DNA from: an uncultured Bacteroidales bacterium
GTDB lineage: Bacteria; Bacteroidota; Bacteroidia; Bacteroidales; TTA-H9
Assembly: GCA_964444785.1 (NCBI GenBank)
Contig: CAYUII010000001.1
Span: 1,858-65,857, forward strand
DNA length: 64,000 bases
Direction of reading: 5' to 3'
Position 1 is the first letter of the stretch. Each line of letters opens with the position of its first letter. The translations under genes and the position numbers were made by a program. The notes under the pieces were generated by a model that was not told the origin of the DNA, did not search any database, and saw nothing but the letters and a program-made list of their open reading frames with translations. Below are positions 1 to 9,183 of the stretch, one piece after another.

Positions 1-1
1 A

Positions 2-2518
2 AAAGACTGCGGATTTGAAAATCAGTTTTATTTTTGGAACCGTCAATTCCCGGAGCAAGATATTCGCTCCAAAATGAAAGAGGGCTTTGAAATCTCAAAT
101 GTTAGCTATTGTAATGGGATATGGATTGCCATATTATCGGTCATAGGAGATCTTGAATCAGACGATGAGACAACAGAAGCTGGTGGCCATAAGGGTGACA
201 ACCAAGAAACGAATGAGGATGAAGATGAAACAGACGAAGTTCTAGAACTGAATGAAGAACTCTTTGAAACTGATAAGGTAGATCCTGACATATTACCTAT
301 TTATGAAAAAGGTAATAGTTACATGGAAAAGGAGAACTACAAGGAGGCTCTGAACTGTTTCCAGAAAGTTCTTAAACTAGAACCCGATTTTATTGGAGCA
401 TTAAATTATGCTGGAGTATGCTGCTCATGGCTTGATGATTATGAAGGAGCTTTAAAATACTATGAAATAGCCTATCAATTAACAAAGAAGCCACCTTTAT
501 TACTTGGAAATCTAATCTCTATGTATAGCTATTTTGATAATATTGATGCCATTGGCAAGGTTATCAAGGAGGCTCCTGTGAAGTCGATAGAGAAGATTGA
601 CCATGCTACAGGTTGTTATGGATTAGGAGAGTATTATGAACAGCAGAAAGAACTTACAACGGCTCTTAAGTGGTATAAAAAAGCTTCAACACTCAGTCCT
701 GAGAATGATTCTTACAAGGAAAAATACGAAGAGATCAAACAGCTAGTTGAAGGAGGAGATAACAACGAATCTGAGCCAGGAAATATTCGAGTCGAAGTTC
801 CGGAATTAGTTTCTATTGAAGAAATACAGAAAGAACTTGACAACTTAACCGGACTAAAAGAGATTAAACTCGATATTGATTCTTTGATGAAGTATCTAAG
901 AATCGAAAAGATGCGCAAAGAGAGAGGTATTTCAGGAACCTCAATGTCGTTGCATGCTGTATTTAGTGGACCTCCGGGTACAGGAAAAACCACAGTTGCT
1001 CGACTTCTGGGTAAGATATATCGATCATTGGGTCTCCTACAAAAAGGACATGTAGTAGAGGTTGACAGAAGCGGTTTAGTGGCAGAATATATTGGGCAAA
1101 CCGCAATCAAGACAAACAAGGTCATTGATTCCGCTCTAGATGGGATACTATTTATTGATGAAGCTTATACCCTAAACCCACCAGATGGAGGAAGAGATTT
1201 TGGCAAAGAAGCGATTGATACCATCCTCAAGCGAATGGAAGATGAACGCGACCGTTTAGTGGTTGTTGTAGCCGGATATACCGATGAAATGAGCCTATTC
1301 ATTGGTTCAAATCCTGGCTTAACAAGTCGATTTACCCGTGCATTCAAATTTGTAGATTACAAACCCGAAGAGTTACAAGAGATATTTCAAAAAATTGCTA
1401 CTGGGACGGGGTATAAAATCCTAGAGGATGCTGAAAACTATCTTAAACGCTATTTCACCCATATCTATGAAAGCAGAACTAAAACATTTGGGAATGCGCG
1501 CAAAGTAAGAAATATTTGGGAAGAGATAGTTAGGATGCAGTCAACTCGTCTTGCTGAACTTTATGAGGTAACAGATGCGGATTTAATCACCATTACGGAA
1601 GCAGACGTTAGGATGGCACTTTCTGATGAGTTTGATGATGATCTGAACGACACTTTAGAAAAGGTGTTATCAGATTTAAATGAAATGGTAGGACTTCAAA
1701 ATGTAAAGCAGGATGTCATAATGTTACTCAACTACATTAAAGTTGAAAAGATTAGATTCGAAAAAGGACTTACAACGCAAAGGCCCGCTTTACATACTGT
1801 CTTTTATGGGCCACCGGGTACAGGAAAAACGACAGTAGCAAGACTTCTTGGAAGAATCTTTAAAGTTTTAGGATTATTAAAAATTGGACAAGTTGTTGAA
1901 GTAAGTCGTGCAGACTTAGTTGGAGAATACGTTGGTCATACAGCTCCGAAAACAAATAGGGTAATTGATGAAGCTTTGCACGGAGTACTCTTCATTGATG
2001 AAGCCTATGCACTTAAACAAAAAGGCAACGGCAATGATTTTGGTCAGGAGGCGATCGACACAATGCTTAAACGTATGGAGGATGACCGTGATAAGCTAGC
2101 AGTTGTTTTAGCAGGCTATACCGAGGAAATGCAAGAAATGATCGACTCTAACAGTGGTCTTAGAAGTCGATTTAATCGGTACTTTTTCTTTAACGACTAC
2201 TCCCCAGACGAACTATATCAAATCTTTGAAAATCTAATCAAAAAACAACGCTATAACTGCGAACAAGATGCTCTTGATGCAATCAGGCAATACTTAGACC
2301 ATCTATGGGAAACTAGGGACAAATCGTTTGGTAATGCCCGCATGGTTAGAAATCTCTTTGAGAAACTAACTCAAGTACAAAGTGATAGAATATCCAGAAT
2401 GGAGAGTATTACCGATAGTGATTTAGTTACCATTACCATTGAAGATACCAATCGCATCATCCCAGCCACTCAACAACAGAATAGCAAGTCGTCGGGAAGT
2501 ATTGGCTTTAGACGATAA
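2..2518 (+). CDS. TPR-repeat protein with two tandem CbbX/SpoVK-type AAA+ ATPase modules (5' end probably outside the window)
   Basis: ORF track gives 74..2518, but the same frame has no stop codon back to nt 2, so the true start may lie upstream. Two Walker A GPPGTGKTTVARLLG (nt 968-1012 and 1808-1852), two Walker B (I/V)LFIDEAY and two G-L-x-SRF motifs sit 280 aa apart. TPR-like repeats and a D/E-rich linker lie N-terminal to them. Confidence 0.85.
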   Translation, partial: KDCGFENQFYFWNRQFPEQDIRSKMKEGFEISNVSYCNGIWIAILSVIGDLESDDETTEAGGHKGDNQETNEDEDETDEVLELNEELFETDKVDPDILPIYEKGNSYMEKENYKEALNCFQKVLKLEPDFIGALNYAGVCCSWLDDYEGALKYYEIAYQLTKKPPLLLGNLISMYSYFDNIDAIGKVIKEAPVKSIEKIDHATGCYGLGEYYEQQKELTTALKWYKKASTLSPENDSYKEKYEEIKQLVEGGDNNESEPGNIRVEVPELVSIEEIQKELDNLTGLKEIKLDIDSLMKYLRIEKMRKERGISGTSMSLHAVFSGPPGTGKTTVARLLGKIYRSLGLLQKGHVVEVDRSGLVAEYIGQTAIKTNKVIDSALDGILFIDEAYTLNPPDGGRDFGKEAIDTILKRMEDERDRLVVVVAGYTDEMSLFIGSNPGLTSRFTRAFKFVDYKPEELQEIFQKIATGTGYKILEDAENYLKRYFTHIYESRTKTFGNARKVRNIWEEIVRMQSTRLAELYEVTDADLITITEADVRMALSDEFDDDLNDTLEKVLSDLNEMVGLQNVKQDVIMLLNYIKVEKIRFEKGLTTQRPALHTVFYGPPGTGKTTVARLLGRIFKVLGLLKIGQVVEVSRADLVGEYVGHTAPKTNRVIDEALHGVLFIDEAYALKQKGNGNDFGQEAIDTMLKRMEDDRDKLAVVLAGYTEEMQEMIDSNSGLRSRFNRYFFFNDYSPDELYQIFENLIKKQRYNCEQDALDAIRQYLDHLWETRDKSFGNARMVRNLFEKLTQVQSDRISRMESITDSDLVTITIEDTNRIIPATQQQNSKSSGSIGFRR

Positions 2519-2613
2519 GAATAATTATGTTGATAACCTCTTTAACCAATTAGTAGAAAAAAACGGCTTATCAGGCAACGAGAGCTCACAAAAACCAACT
2601 AATGAATAAAACG

Positions 2614-2638
2614 GAAGGCCGGTCTCTGACCGGCCTTC
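2614..2638. terminator. GC-rich hairpin, candidate bidirectional intrinsic terminator
   Basis: Perfect 11-bp stem gaaggccggtc/gaccggccttc with a 3-nt loop. The U-tract is better on the minus strand (cgttttattcatt) than on the plus strand (ttcagcg). Confidence 0.7.
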
Positions 2639-2732
2639 TTCAGCGATGTTAACCAAAATACACAGCAGAATTATTAATATTTCCCATTTCATTCCTCCCG
2701 GGTAGATCTAGGGATGTTAATTCTCAATTTTG

Positions 2733-2809
2733 ATCGACTCGTGGCTGTACCCTCGCTAATCGGGTTGAAAACCGTGAATCCAAATATTATCAACAGCACA
2801 CGAGTCGAT
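2733..2809. repeat. Long-range inverted repeat (16 bp with one bulged base) inside an ORF-poor gap
   Basis: atcgactcgtg+gctgt (2733-2748) pairs with acagc+a+cacgagtcgat (2793-2809), enclosing a 44-nt loop. Confidence 0.75.
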
Positions 2810-3460
2810 TGAAAAGAATTGATTTTTTCAGATAAACACAATCGAAAAGTAAATAAGTAGGTATTGGAGCATTATCAATCCGCTTGTTTTCAACAAAATA
2901 AGCAAGATTGAAGTTGATTTTATAAATAAAAAACCAATCACTAAATAAAGTCATTTTTAATAAGGCAGTACTGGTACGGCGCAGTTTTATCACATACGCC
3001 ATACCAGATCTCCTTAGAGCAAGAAATCTTCTTGCGATTTTCCCAAGACAACAGGTTCTTAAAAATGCGACTTCGTTATAACTTAAAGTCAGCCTTTCCG
3101 GATTTTTCGGATATGTACAACTTGATTTAAACCCAAGGCCACCTTCATTCATCCTATTCAACTCAACAAATCCTTTTTGTGAAGTATTCTGAGTATCTTT
3201 TGGATCTATGTTATCAATTCGGTGGCTCATTTCAATAATCACTTTTTTGACAGGTAGGGAGCTTGCCTGGTCCCTTTTATACTGTCAAAACACCGTAATC
3301 AAAAAAGGTTGCCTACTTTTTTAACAAATCTTTCAATTTATTTTGGTTTACCTTATTTATTAAAATTCAACACTAATTACATTCAAAATCGCAATTAGCA
3401 ATAAGGCTAAATGTGAAAAGTCAAACTTCAAATCCCCTTATTTGACTCGCAGTACCGTCC

Positions 3461-3490
3461 AAAAAAAAAGCTGCCCTTTGAAAGGCAGCT
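3461..3490 (-). terminator. Intrinsic terminator of the PKD/T9SS gene
   Basis: On the minus strand, hairpin agctgcc/ggcagct is followed by a run of nine T, starting about 10 nt after the stop codon at 3501. Confidence 0.8.
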
Positions 3491-3500
3491 TCCTAAATTC

Positions 3501-5495
3501 TTACTTAACGATGCATTTTCGAGAAACCGGCAAAAATCCATCTGCTTCAATCTTTATCAAATAAAGACCCGAAGCAAAATGATCCAAGGGAATTCTAAGT
3601 ACGTTTTGTGAATCACCATTATTAAAACTAATCTTTGACACAGCTAAGCCATTAGCAGAGAAAATAGTCACAGTATATTCTTCAGCTTGCTTTGACAAGA
3701 TCTCAATATTTACTTCATTGGTAGCAGGAACAGGCCATATCCCTCCAATATCTTTAAGCGTTGGTAAATTACCATCTTCTATTCCGTAGGCAACCGTGTT
3801 GTCGTGAATAACAACAATAAGCTCTTCAAGATTAGGATTCTCGGGCGTTATTTCAATATCAAAATTAGTTGCAGTAACACCTGTCACTTCAGGTCGAAGC
3901 TTGTAGTTTCCCATTGGAATTTCATAGAAAATAAAAGTACCATTATCATCACTGAAGCAACCGTTGACTAAATGATCACTCTGATCAAAAAGCAGAACCT
4001 GAATATCACTGGCAGGTTTTCCTTTGAGCAAAAATTCATCTGTTTGAATCCAAATCTCCCCCTTAATCTGACCAAATCCCCCATTAATATTTGGATTCTC
4101 TCGAAGTGAGATATCCATTCCATTCAAATCTTGGGTTAATGAAATTCGCGTTGACTCATTCCAGTTAACTGTATTTCCGTAATAGGTAGTCACATAATTA
4201 TTAAAGGAGGAAGAAGAAGACAGAGGAGTAGCTTTAATTATATAGTTACCCTTGGGTAAAGCGTAGAAGTTATATATCCCGTATGGGCCAGAAACCATAC
4301 TGTTCTTTCTGATGATTGTTTGATTTGAATTCTCAATAAAAGCTTCGACCAGAACAGAATCTGTTGGGAAGAAACCTTCAAGAACTTGCCCAGATATATT
4401 AAAAAAGTAGCCAGGACCAACACCTATTAATTCAGAAACCGAGTCATAACACTGAGTAACCGAGTCAGTGATAAATAAAGTGACAAGATATTCTCCAGCA
4501 TTATTATAAATGTGAGTAGGATTTTGAACAGTCGAATAAGACATATCCCCAAAATCCCACTTATATAACAAGTTATTACCACCCGATTCACTAGCAAAAT
4601 GTATCATGAGAGAAGATCCAGGATCTGGAGTGCTTGTAAAATGGGCTATACAAGAAGGAATTTCATCGACAAATATAATCCCTTGATGTTCGCTTAAACA
4701 ACCGTAATCGTCGGTAGTAACAAGTGTTATTGTATACTGTCCAGCACTAGAATAAGAATGATCTATCCGTTGTCCATAACCTTCAGTACCATCACCAAAA
4801 AGCCAGTAAAAAGTAACTGGATTCATGGTTGATGTAGTTGCATCAAAATGAATCTTCATTGGACCGGTGGGGGTCCAGGTAAATTGGGATTCACACGAAA
4901 CCTCTACCACCTCAATCGTATCTGTAATTTTATCTGAGAGATTGCCCTCTCCAAAAACAGATAGACTTACAATGTAAGAACCTGGCTTAAAAGCATGTTG
5001 AGGCGAAGATTCAGTGGAAGTTGTTCCATCACCAAATTCCCATAGACATGAGGAGATATTACCCAAAGAACTGTTTTCAAACTGAACAAGGGAACTATTT
5101 TCAATTTGATGATAACGATAAAGAGCCTGACAGACATTGTGAATTCCATTAACTTGAATCGTTGTCTTTACTTCATGAAAAGTTGGTGAGAAGATAATTA
5201 AAGTATCCTTAGTAGGGAAAGCAGGATCTGAGATTCGAAGTTTAATAACACCGCCCCATTGAGATTGGAATTTAAAAGAAAAGTGGCCCAATCTATCACT
5301 CAATAGTTTGGATTCATAGAAAGAGTAGCCAGAAAAATTATACGCCTTGAGTTCCACTAGGCAGCCCCCAATTGGCTTGTTGGTCAATGTGTTTATTACT
5401 GCCCCCTCTACACTCACCATAAATGAAGTCTTTGCGGAGACTCCATTGATCGCAATTAGGAGAGGTAGTAATAATATTAATAATAGCTTCTTCAT
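3501..5495 (-). CDS. Secreted PKD-repeat protein with T9SS C-terminal sorting domain
   Basis: Signal peptide MKKLLLILLLPLLIAINGVSA. Three PKD-like repeats (WEFGDGTTS.., WLFGDGTEG.., WDFGDMSYS..). CarboxypepD_reg-like beta-sandwich segments. C-terminus fits the T9SS CTD pattern (WPVPATNEVNIEI ... GLYLIKIE). Confidence 0.85.
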   Translation of the reverse strand: MKKLLLILLLPLLIAINGVSAKTSFMVSVEGAVINTLTNKPIGGCLVELKAYNFSGYSFYESKLLSDRLGHFSFKFQSQWGGVIKLRISDPAFPTKDTLIIFSPTFHEVKTTIQVNGIHNVCQALYRYHQIENSSLVQFENSSLGNISSCLWEFGDGTTSTESSPQHAFKPGSYIVSLSVFGEGNLSDKITDTIEVVEVSCESQFTWTPTGPMKIHFDATTSTMNPVTFYWLFGDGTEGYGQRIDHSYSSAGQYTITLVTTDDYGCLSEHQGIIFVDEIPSCIAHFTSTPDPGSSLMIHFASESGGNNLLYKWDFGDMSYSTVQNPTHIYNNAGEYLVTLFITDSVTQCYDSVSELIGVGPGYFFNISGQVLEGFFPTDSVLVEAFIENSNQTIIRKNSMVSGPYGIYNFYALPKGNYIIKATPLSSSSSFNNYVTTYYGNTVNWNESTRISLTQDLNGMDISLRENPNINGGFGQIKGEIWIQTDEFLLKGKPASDIQVLLFDQSDHLVNGCFSDDNGTFIFYEIPMGNYKLRPEVTGVTATNFDIEITPENPNLEELIVVIHDNTVAYGIEDGNLPTLKDIGGIWPVPATNEVNIEILSKQAEEYTVTIFSANGLAVSKISFNNGDSQNVLRIPLDHFASGLYLIKIEADGFLPVSRKCIVK

Positions 5496-5505
5496 TTTGT
5501 TTTAA

Positions 5506-6939
5506 TCAAAAGCCATAAACCAGCGCCATTCGTGCTTCAAATGACCATGGTTTACGGATGGTTGCATTTTTCTCGTAGACAGAATTAAAATAATATTTTA
5601 ATCTGGGCTCGGCTTCTAGCCTAAAAGATTTAGTTAGATGGTAACCAAACACCAGCCCACCTGTAAATTGCCAATTAGTATTCACCCTATCTGGGGATAG
5701 ATTATTAATCGAAATGATTTTATTATCACCCGGATCAATATCTCCTTTTTCAGTCGTTTTTAACAGAACCGATAGTATAGGGCCTGTTCTAACTCCTAAG
5801 AAAATCCTCGATCTCTTGTAAAAATCATATCCAAAAATAAGTGGTATTTGTAGGTAGGTATATTCTTTTTCTATTGCCTGTTGGGCATACATTCGAGCAG
5901 TATCAAAGACTTTAAAATCGGAAAGATGGTATACAGCCTCTACTTTCTCTTGGGTAGAATTCCAAACATAGGAGGTAGAATCCAACTTAGTATAGTGTCC
6001 TAGATATTCTCGGTAATCCACCGAAAACTCGCTTGTGCCGGTAGCCTTCGATATGCCAATTCCTGTTCTTATGATAAAATCATTCCAACAATATTGAAAC
6101 TCAAGGGCTGCATTATGTATTAATTTCTTATCCTCCTCAACCGTATTAAACATCCACTCCGGAGTATAGCTAACACCAAGATAGAATTTGTTTTTCGGGA
6201 ATGAGAATCCTCTTGAAGCATCATCCTCTTTAAACTTAAAAATATTAGCTTGTTTACTTTTGCGGTAGTTCAATTGCAAAGTATACCCTTCAAAAAGTGT
6301 CTTTCCCCTCCTATTTAAGGCAGAGATAAACCCAAAGTCTCTGATGTTTTTCTGGTCGACATCTAAAGTAATTATGCCAGAAGAGGTATTATTCTTATTA
6401 TCCTGAAGCCCTTTGTTGGTATTTTGTATTGCAGTTTCATCAGAACCAAAATCATTTGCAACTAAATCAGGCTTATCTTTCATCACACCTTTTGATGTTA
6501 GAGATCCTTTTGCAGTTTGATTTATTTCGTTTATAGATTCTTTAGATCTTGAATTCGCTTGTTCTGGCTGTGAAGAGATAGCTGGTGAACTTACCTCCTT
6601 TACATCTATAGAACCAGATTTCTCTGGTTCAAGTTGAGAAGAAATAGCTTGTGAATGCTCCTCCGTTGAGACCGACTTATTAATATCCTTATTCGAATTA
6701 GAAGAGAGAGAAGATGATTGGGTTAATGACGGGCTAAGATCCATAAATAGATAGCATGAGAGGAAACACACCAAGAGAAGAGCTGCAACAGACCAATAAG
6801 CTGGTTTTTGATACCATGCTTTGGTTTGCTGAACACTACTAATAAAAGAAGCTCGAACAGACGTGGGAGGAGCCACGACATGGTTCTCAAGCTTTGCTTT
6901 TATCAGCTGATCAAAATTGTTCGTGTTATTACCTTTCAT
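5506..6939 (-). CDS. Anti-sigma-like membrane protein with C-terminal OM beta-barrel-like domain
   Basis: Start overlaps the sigma-factor gene by 11 nt. Short N-terminal segment, one TM helix (YWSVAALLLVCFLSCYLF) and a Ser-rich linker with an AISSQxEPE repeat. The C-terminal roughly 250 aa is beta-strand-like and ends ...RMALVYGF. Confidence 0.7.
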   Translation of the reverse strand: MKGNNTNNFDQLIKAKLENHVVAPPTSVRASFISSVQQTKAWYQKPAYWSVAALLLVCFLSCYLFMDLSPSLTQSSSLSSNSNKDINKSVSTEEHSQAISSQLEPEKSGSIDVKEVSSPAISSQPEQANSRSKESINEINQTAKGSLTSKGVMKDKPDLVANDFGSDETAIQNTNKGLQDNKNNTSSGIITLDVDQKNIRDFGFISALNRRGKTLFEGYTLQLNYRKSKQANIFKFKEDDASRGFSFPKNKFYLGVSYTPEWMFNTVEEDKKLIHNAALEFQYCWNDFIIRTGIGISKATGTSEFSVDYREYLGHYTKLDSTSYVWNSTQEKVEAVYHLSDFKVFDTARMYAQQAIEKEYTYLQIPLIFGYDFYKRSRIFLGVRTGPILSVLLKTTEKGDIDPGDNKIISINNLSPDRVNTNWQFTGGLVFGYHLTKSFRLEAEPRLKYYFNSVYEKNATIRKPWSFEARMALVYGF

Positions 6940-7504
6940 ATCTATAGTTTAGCTGCAGTTCTGAAATCTTTTTCTTCAAGAGATTACGCGCCTTAAGAAG
7001 TTGTGTTTTTGATGTGTTCTCAGAACACCCAATAAGTTCAGCAATCTCCTTATGACTGTACTCTTCAATCACATAGAGGTTAAAAACGGTACGATACCCT
7101 TCAGGCAATTCAGCAATTAATTGATGAATTGTATCAGAAGTAAGGTTGGCAAGAAAGTCATCTGGATTGTAATCCTCCTCAACAACATCTGGAAAGTTAT
7201 TGGGCTGATCTGATTCGACAAAAATTCTGTGCCGGTTTCTAGTTCTAATATAATTAAGAGCGTGATTTACAGCTATCCGCTTCATCCAACCTTCAAACGA
7301 ACCTCCATCACGGGGGTTAAACCGCTTAAGATTTTCAAAGATTCGAATAAAAGCTTCCTGCAGTAGATCTTCAGCTTCGGCACGTTGAGGAACATAACGC
7401 AAACATAGACTGAAAAGCACAGGAGCATAAAGGTCGTATAACCTTCCCAGTGCTTCAGGCTTGCCCTTAAGGCAATTGCGGATCAGTCCTTCGTCCGTTG
7501 CCAT
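6929..7504 (-). CDS. ECF-type RNA polymerase sigma-70 factor
   Basis: Region 2 (DLLQEAFIRIFENL, WMKRIAVNHALNYIR) and region 4 HTH (EYSHKEIAELIGCSENTSKTQLLKAR). Confidence 0.92.
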   Translation of the reverse strand: MATDEGLIRNCLKGKPEALGRLYDLYAPVLFSLCLRYVPQRAEAEDLLQEAFIRIFENLKRFNPRDGGSFEGWMKRIAVNHALNYIRTRNRHRIFVESDQPNNFPDVVEEDYNPDDFLANLTSDTIHQLIAELPEGYRTVFNLYVIEEYSHKEIAELIGCSENTSKTQLLKARNLLKKKISELQLNYRYER

Positions 7505-7638
7505 CAGATCTGTATTATGGTAAACACCGGCATTGCGAAAAGTTGCCTATGGATTGGTTTAAATTGTTTTACTCAGCCAAATTAATCACTTTTTGCGATT
7601 TAACAATAAATAATTGAATACGATAGCTCCGCTCTTTT

Positions 7639-7646
7639 TAACTTTG
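7639..7646 (+). promoter_or_regulatory. Bacteroidota -7 promoter box (TAnnTTTG)
   Basis: TAACTTTG lies 22 nt upstream of the ATG at 7669. Confidence 0.45.
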
Positions 7647-7668
7647 TTAGAATTTATAAGCCTATTTT

Positions 7669-9123
7669 ATGAAAAAAATTTTCTTCTTTTTCTTCTTGCA
7701 GACCGTACTTGCCTACTCTGCCTTTGCTCAGATCACGCTGTCATTCGATGACCTTAACCCAAAGAATAGCGATACCATGACTTGGTCTATTGTCCCCTCT
7801 TCCTTAGGAATTGCGCCTTTGGAAGGTGCTGGAGTACACCAAAATTACCTTAAAATTCAACCAAGCTCGGCCGTTGCCTCTTTAGTTTATAATCCTACCG
7901 AAGGATCAATAATTCCTCTAGCCACCCGATACTATACAGAGTCTGCTGCTACAGGAATCTTTAGCATAATGAGTCATATCTATGAAAGTGTATCCAATGA
8001 TACCATTAAATTGTTGGGCTATGAAACACAAGCAGACTCCCTCTCTCTGTCTACCATAACATTAGGTGTACATGACAAGATAGTTTTCCCAAAAAAAGCT
8101 CATATATTAGCTAATCCTCTAACTATTCTACCCTTCCCCCTAACAGTCAATACATCATGGCAGTCTTCTGCTCGATTTACTCATGACTTTAAACTCACCA
8201 TCATAGGAGCTGGGTATGATAACTCTGAGGGTAACTACATCCAAAACAGAAATAGCACTACCATAGTTGCTGGTTGGGGAACAACTTCTCTATCAGTTAA
8301 CGGTAAGGCAAGTAGTCCTATCAGTGGTTTACTTCTAAAGGAAAGTGTTATAGAGAAAGATAGTTTTTTGGTAGATAATTCACCTATAAGCGACGATATT
8401 CTAGCTATTTTAGGTTTACAACAAGGCGTATTGCGTTCAAAAAACATTTATAGTTTCTATCGTCTTGGACAAGAAAAGCCACTCTTTATCTGCAAAACAG
8501 ATGCTAATAACACAGTAACCTCCTTTTATATAGATAACGATACCACAATAAGTAAAAATCTTCCACCCAGACTTATCTCCCCTATTCCTGATACCCTTGT
8601 GGCAACGAATAAACTTGTCGAATTAAACTATATAAGCCGGCACTTCACCGATGGTGACAGCAATGATTTCCTTTATTTTGATATCAAACAAGCTAATGGA
8701 GATACCATTCCTGCTTGGCTTTATGTTGATTCAGGGTCTGGAAGTATTAAAGGTGAGGCCACAGATTCAATTACCCTCTCTTTAATTATCAAAGTAAAAG
8801 ACCTCGCAGGTGATTCATGTGCTGATACAGCTGTTTTAGCCTTTAAACCAGGGGTAGGAATTAACCCACTTTCTATCAACCCCCTCTCCGTTTATCCTCA
8901 ACCCTGTTCTAAAACAGTTACTATTTCAACTCAAAATAGGTTTGAATCTGAAAAAACTGCAAACCTCATTAACTCATACGGACAGGTAGTTCGCCGCTTT
9001 AAATTAACCGTTGGTGTTGAAAAACAAACAATCGATGTTTCAGGACTCAAAGACGGCGTTTATTACCTTGCCATCGCCAATTCTCACTGGCCTTTAACAA
9101 AAGTCATTATAACTAATGACTAA
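7669..9123 (+). CDS. Secreted protein with cadherin-like putative Ig domain and T9SS C-terminal sorting domain
   Basis: Signal peptide ending AFAQ. Dystroglycan/cadherin-like segment (PAWLYVDSGSGSIKGEATD). C-terminal CTD pattern (LSVYPQPCSKTVTI ... DGVYYLAI). Confidence 0.8.
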   Translation: MKKIFFFFFLQTVLAYSAFAQITLSFDDLNPKNSDTMTWSIVPSSLGIAPLEGAGVHQNYLKIQPSSAVASLVYNPTEGSIIPLATRYYTESAATGIFSIMSHIYESVSNDTIKLLGYETQADSLSLSTITLGVHDKIVFPKKAHILANPLTILPFPLTVNTSWQSSARFTHDFKLTIIGAGYDNSEGNYIQNRNSTTIVAGWGTTSLSVNGKASSPISGLLLKESVIEKDSFLVDNSPISDDILAILGLQQGVLRSKNIYSFYRLGQEKPLFICKTDANNTVTSFYIDNDTTISKNLPPRLISPIPDTLVATNKLVELNYISRHFTDGDSNDFLYFDIKQANGDTIPAWLYVDSGSGSIKGEATDSITLSLIIKVKDLAGDSCADTAVLAFKPGVGINPLSINPLSVYPQPCSKTVTISTQNRFESEKTANLINSYGQVVRRFKLTVGVEKQTIDVSGLKDGVYYLAIANSHWPLTKVIITND

Positions 9124-9131
9124 TGATTTTG

Positions 9132-9139
9132 TACTTTTG
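9132..9139 (+). promoter_or_regulatory. Bacteroidota -7 promoter box (TAnnTTTG)
   Basis: TACTTTTG lies 44 nt upstream of the ATG at 9184, followed directly by a pyrimidine-rich CCCTTCGC leader. Confidence 0.4.
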
Positions 9140-9183
9140 CCCTTCGCCTTCCCTATTTCTGGATGAGATAACAGAGTAGGATA

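Noticed and set aside
106-1347. Minus-strand ORFs (106..291, 712..1125, 1165..1347) inside the AAA+ gene
   Set aside because: These are antisense shadows of a well-supported CDS. They are Ser/Thr/Pro-rich and low-complexity.
2790-3242. 150-aa minus-strand ORF, considered as a protein-coding gene
   Set aside because: I recognise no motif in it. The C-terminal half (FSDWFFIYKINFNLAYFVENK...LVCC) looks like translated AT-rich non-coding DNA, and the ORF runs through strong RNA-type hairpins. It is kept only as part of the structured-gap finding.
2519-3500. tmRNA, RNase P RNA, SRP RNA, group II intron domain V, or an oriC with DnaA boxes
   Set aside because: There is no tRNA-like GGTTCGAATCC end and no ANDENYALAA-type tag frame. 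There is no GGAAAGTCCGGGC-type P4 sequence. The 2971-3007 hairpin has a 15-nt loop rather than the 34-nt DV with a GNRA loop. Only degenerate TTATCA[AC] half-matches occur, with no consensus TTATCCACA box and no dnaA nearby.
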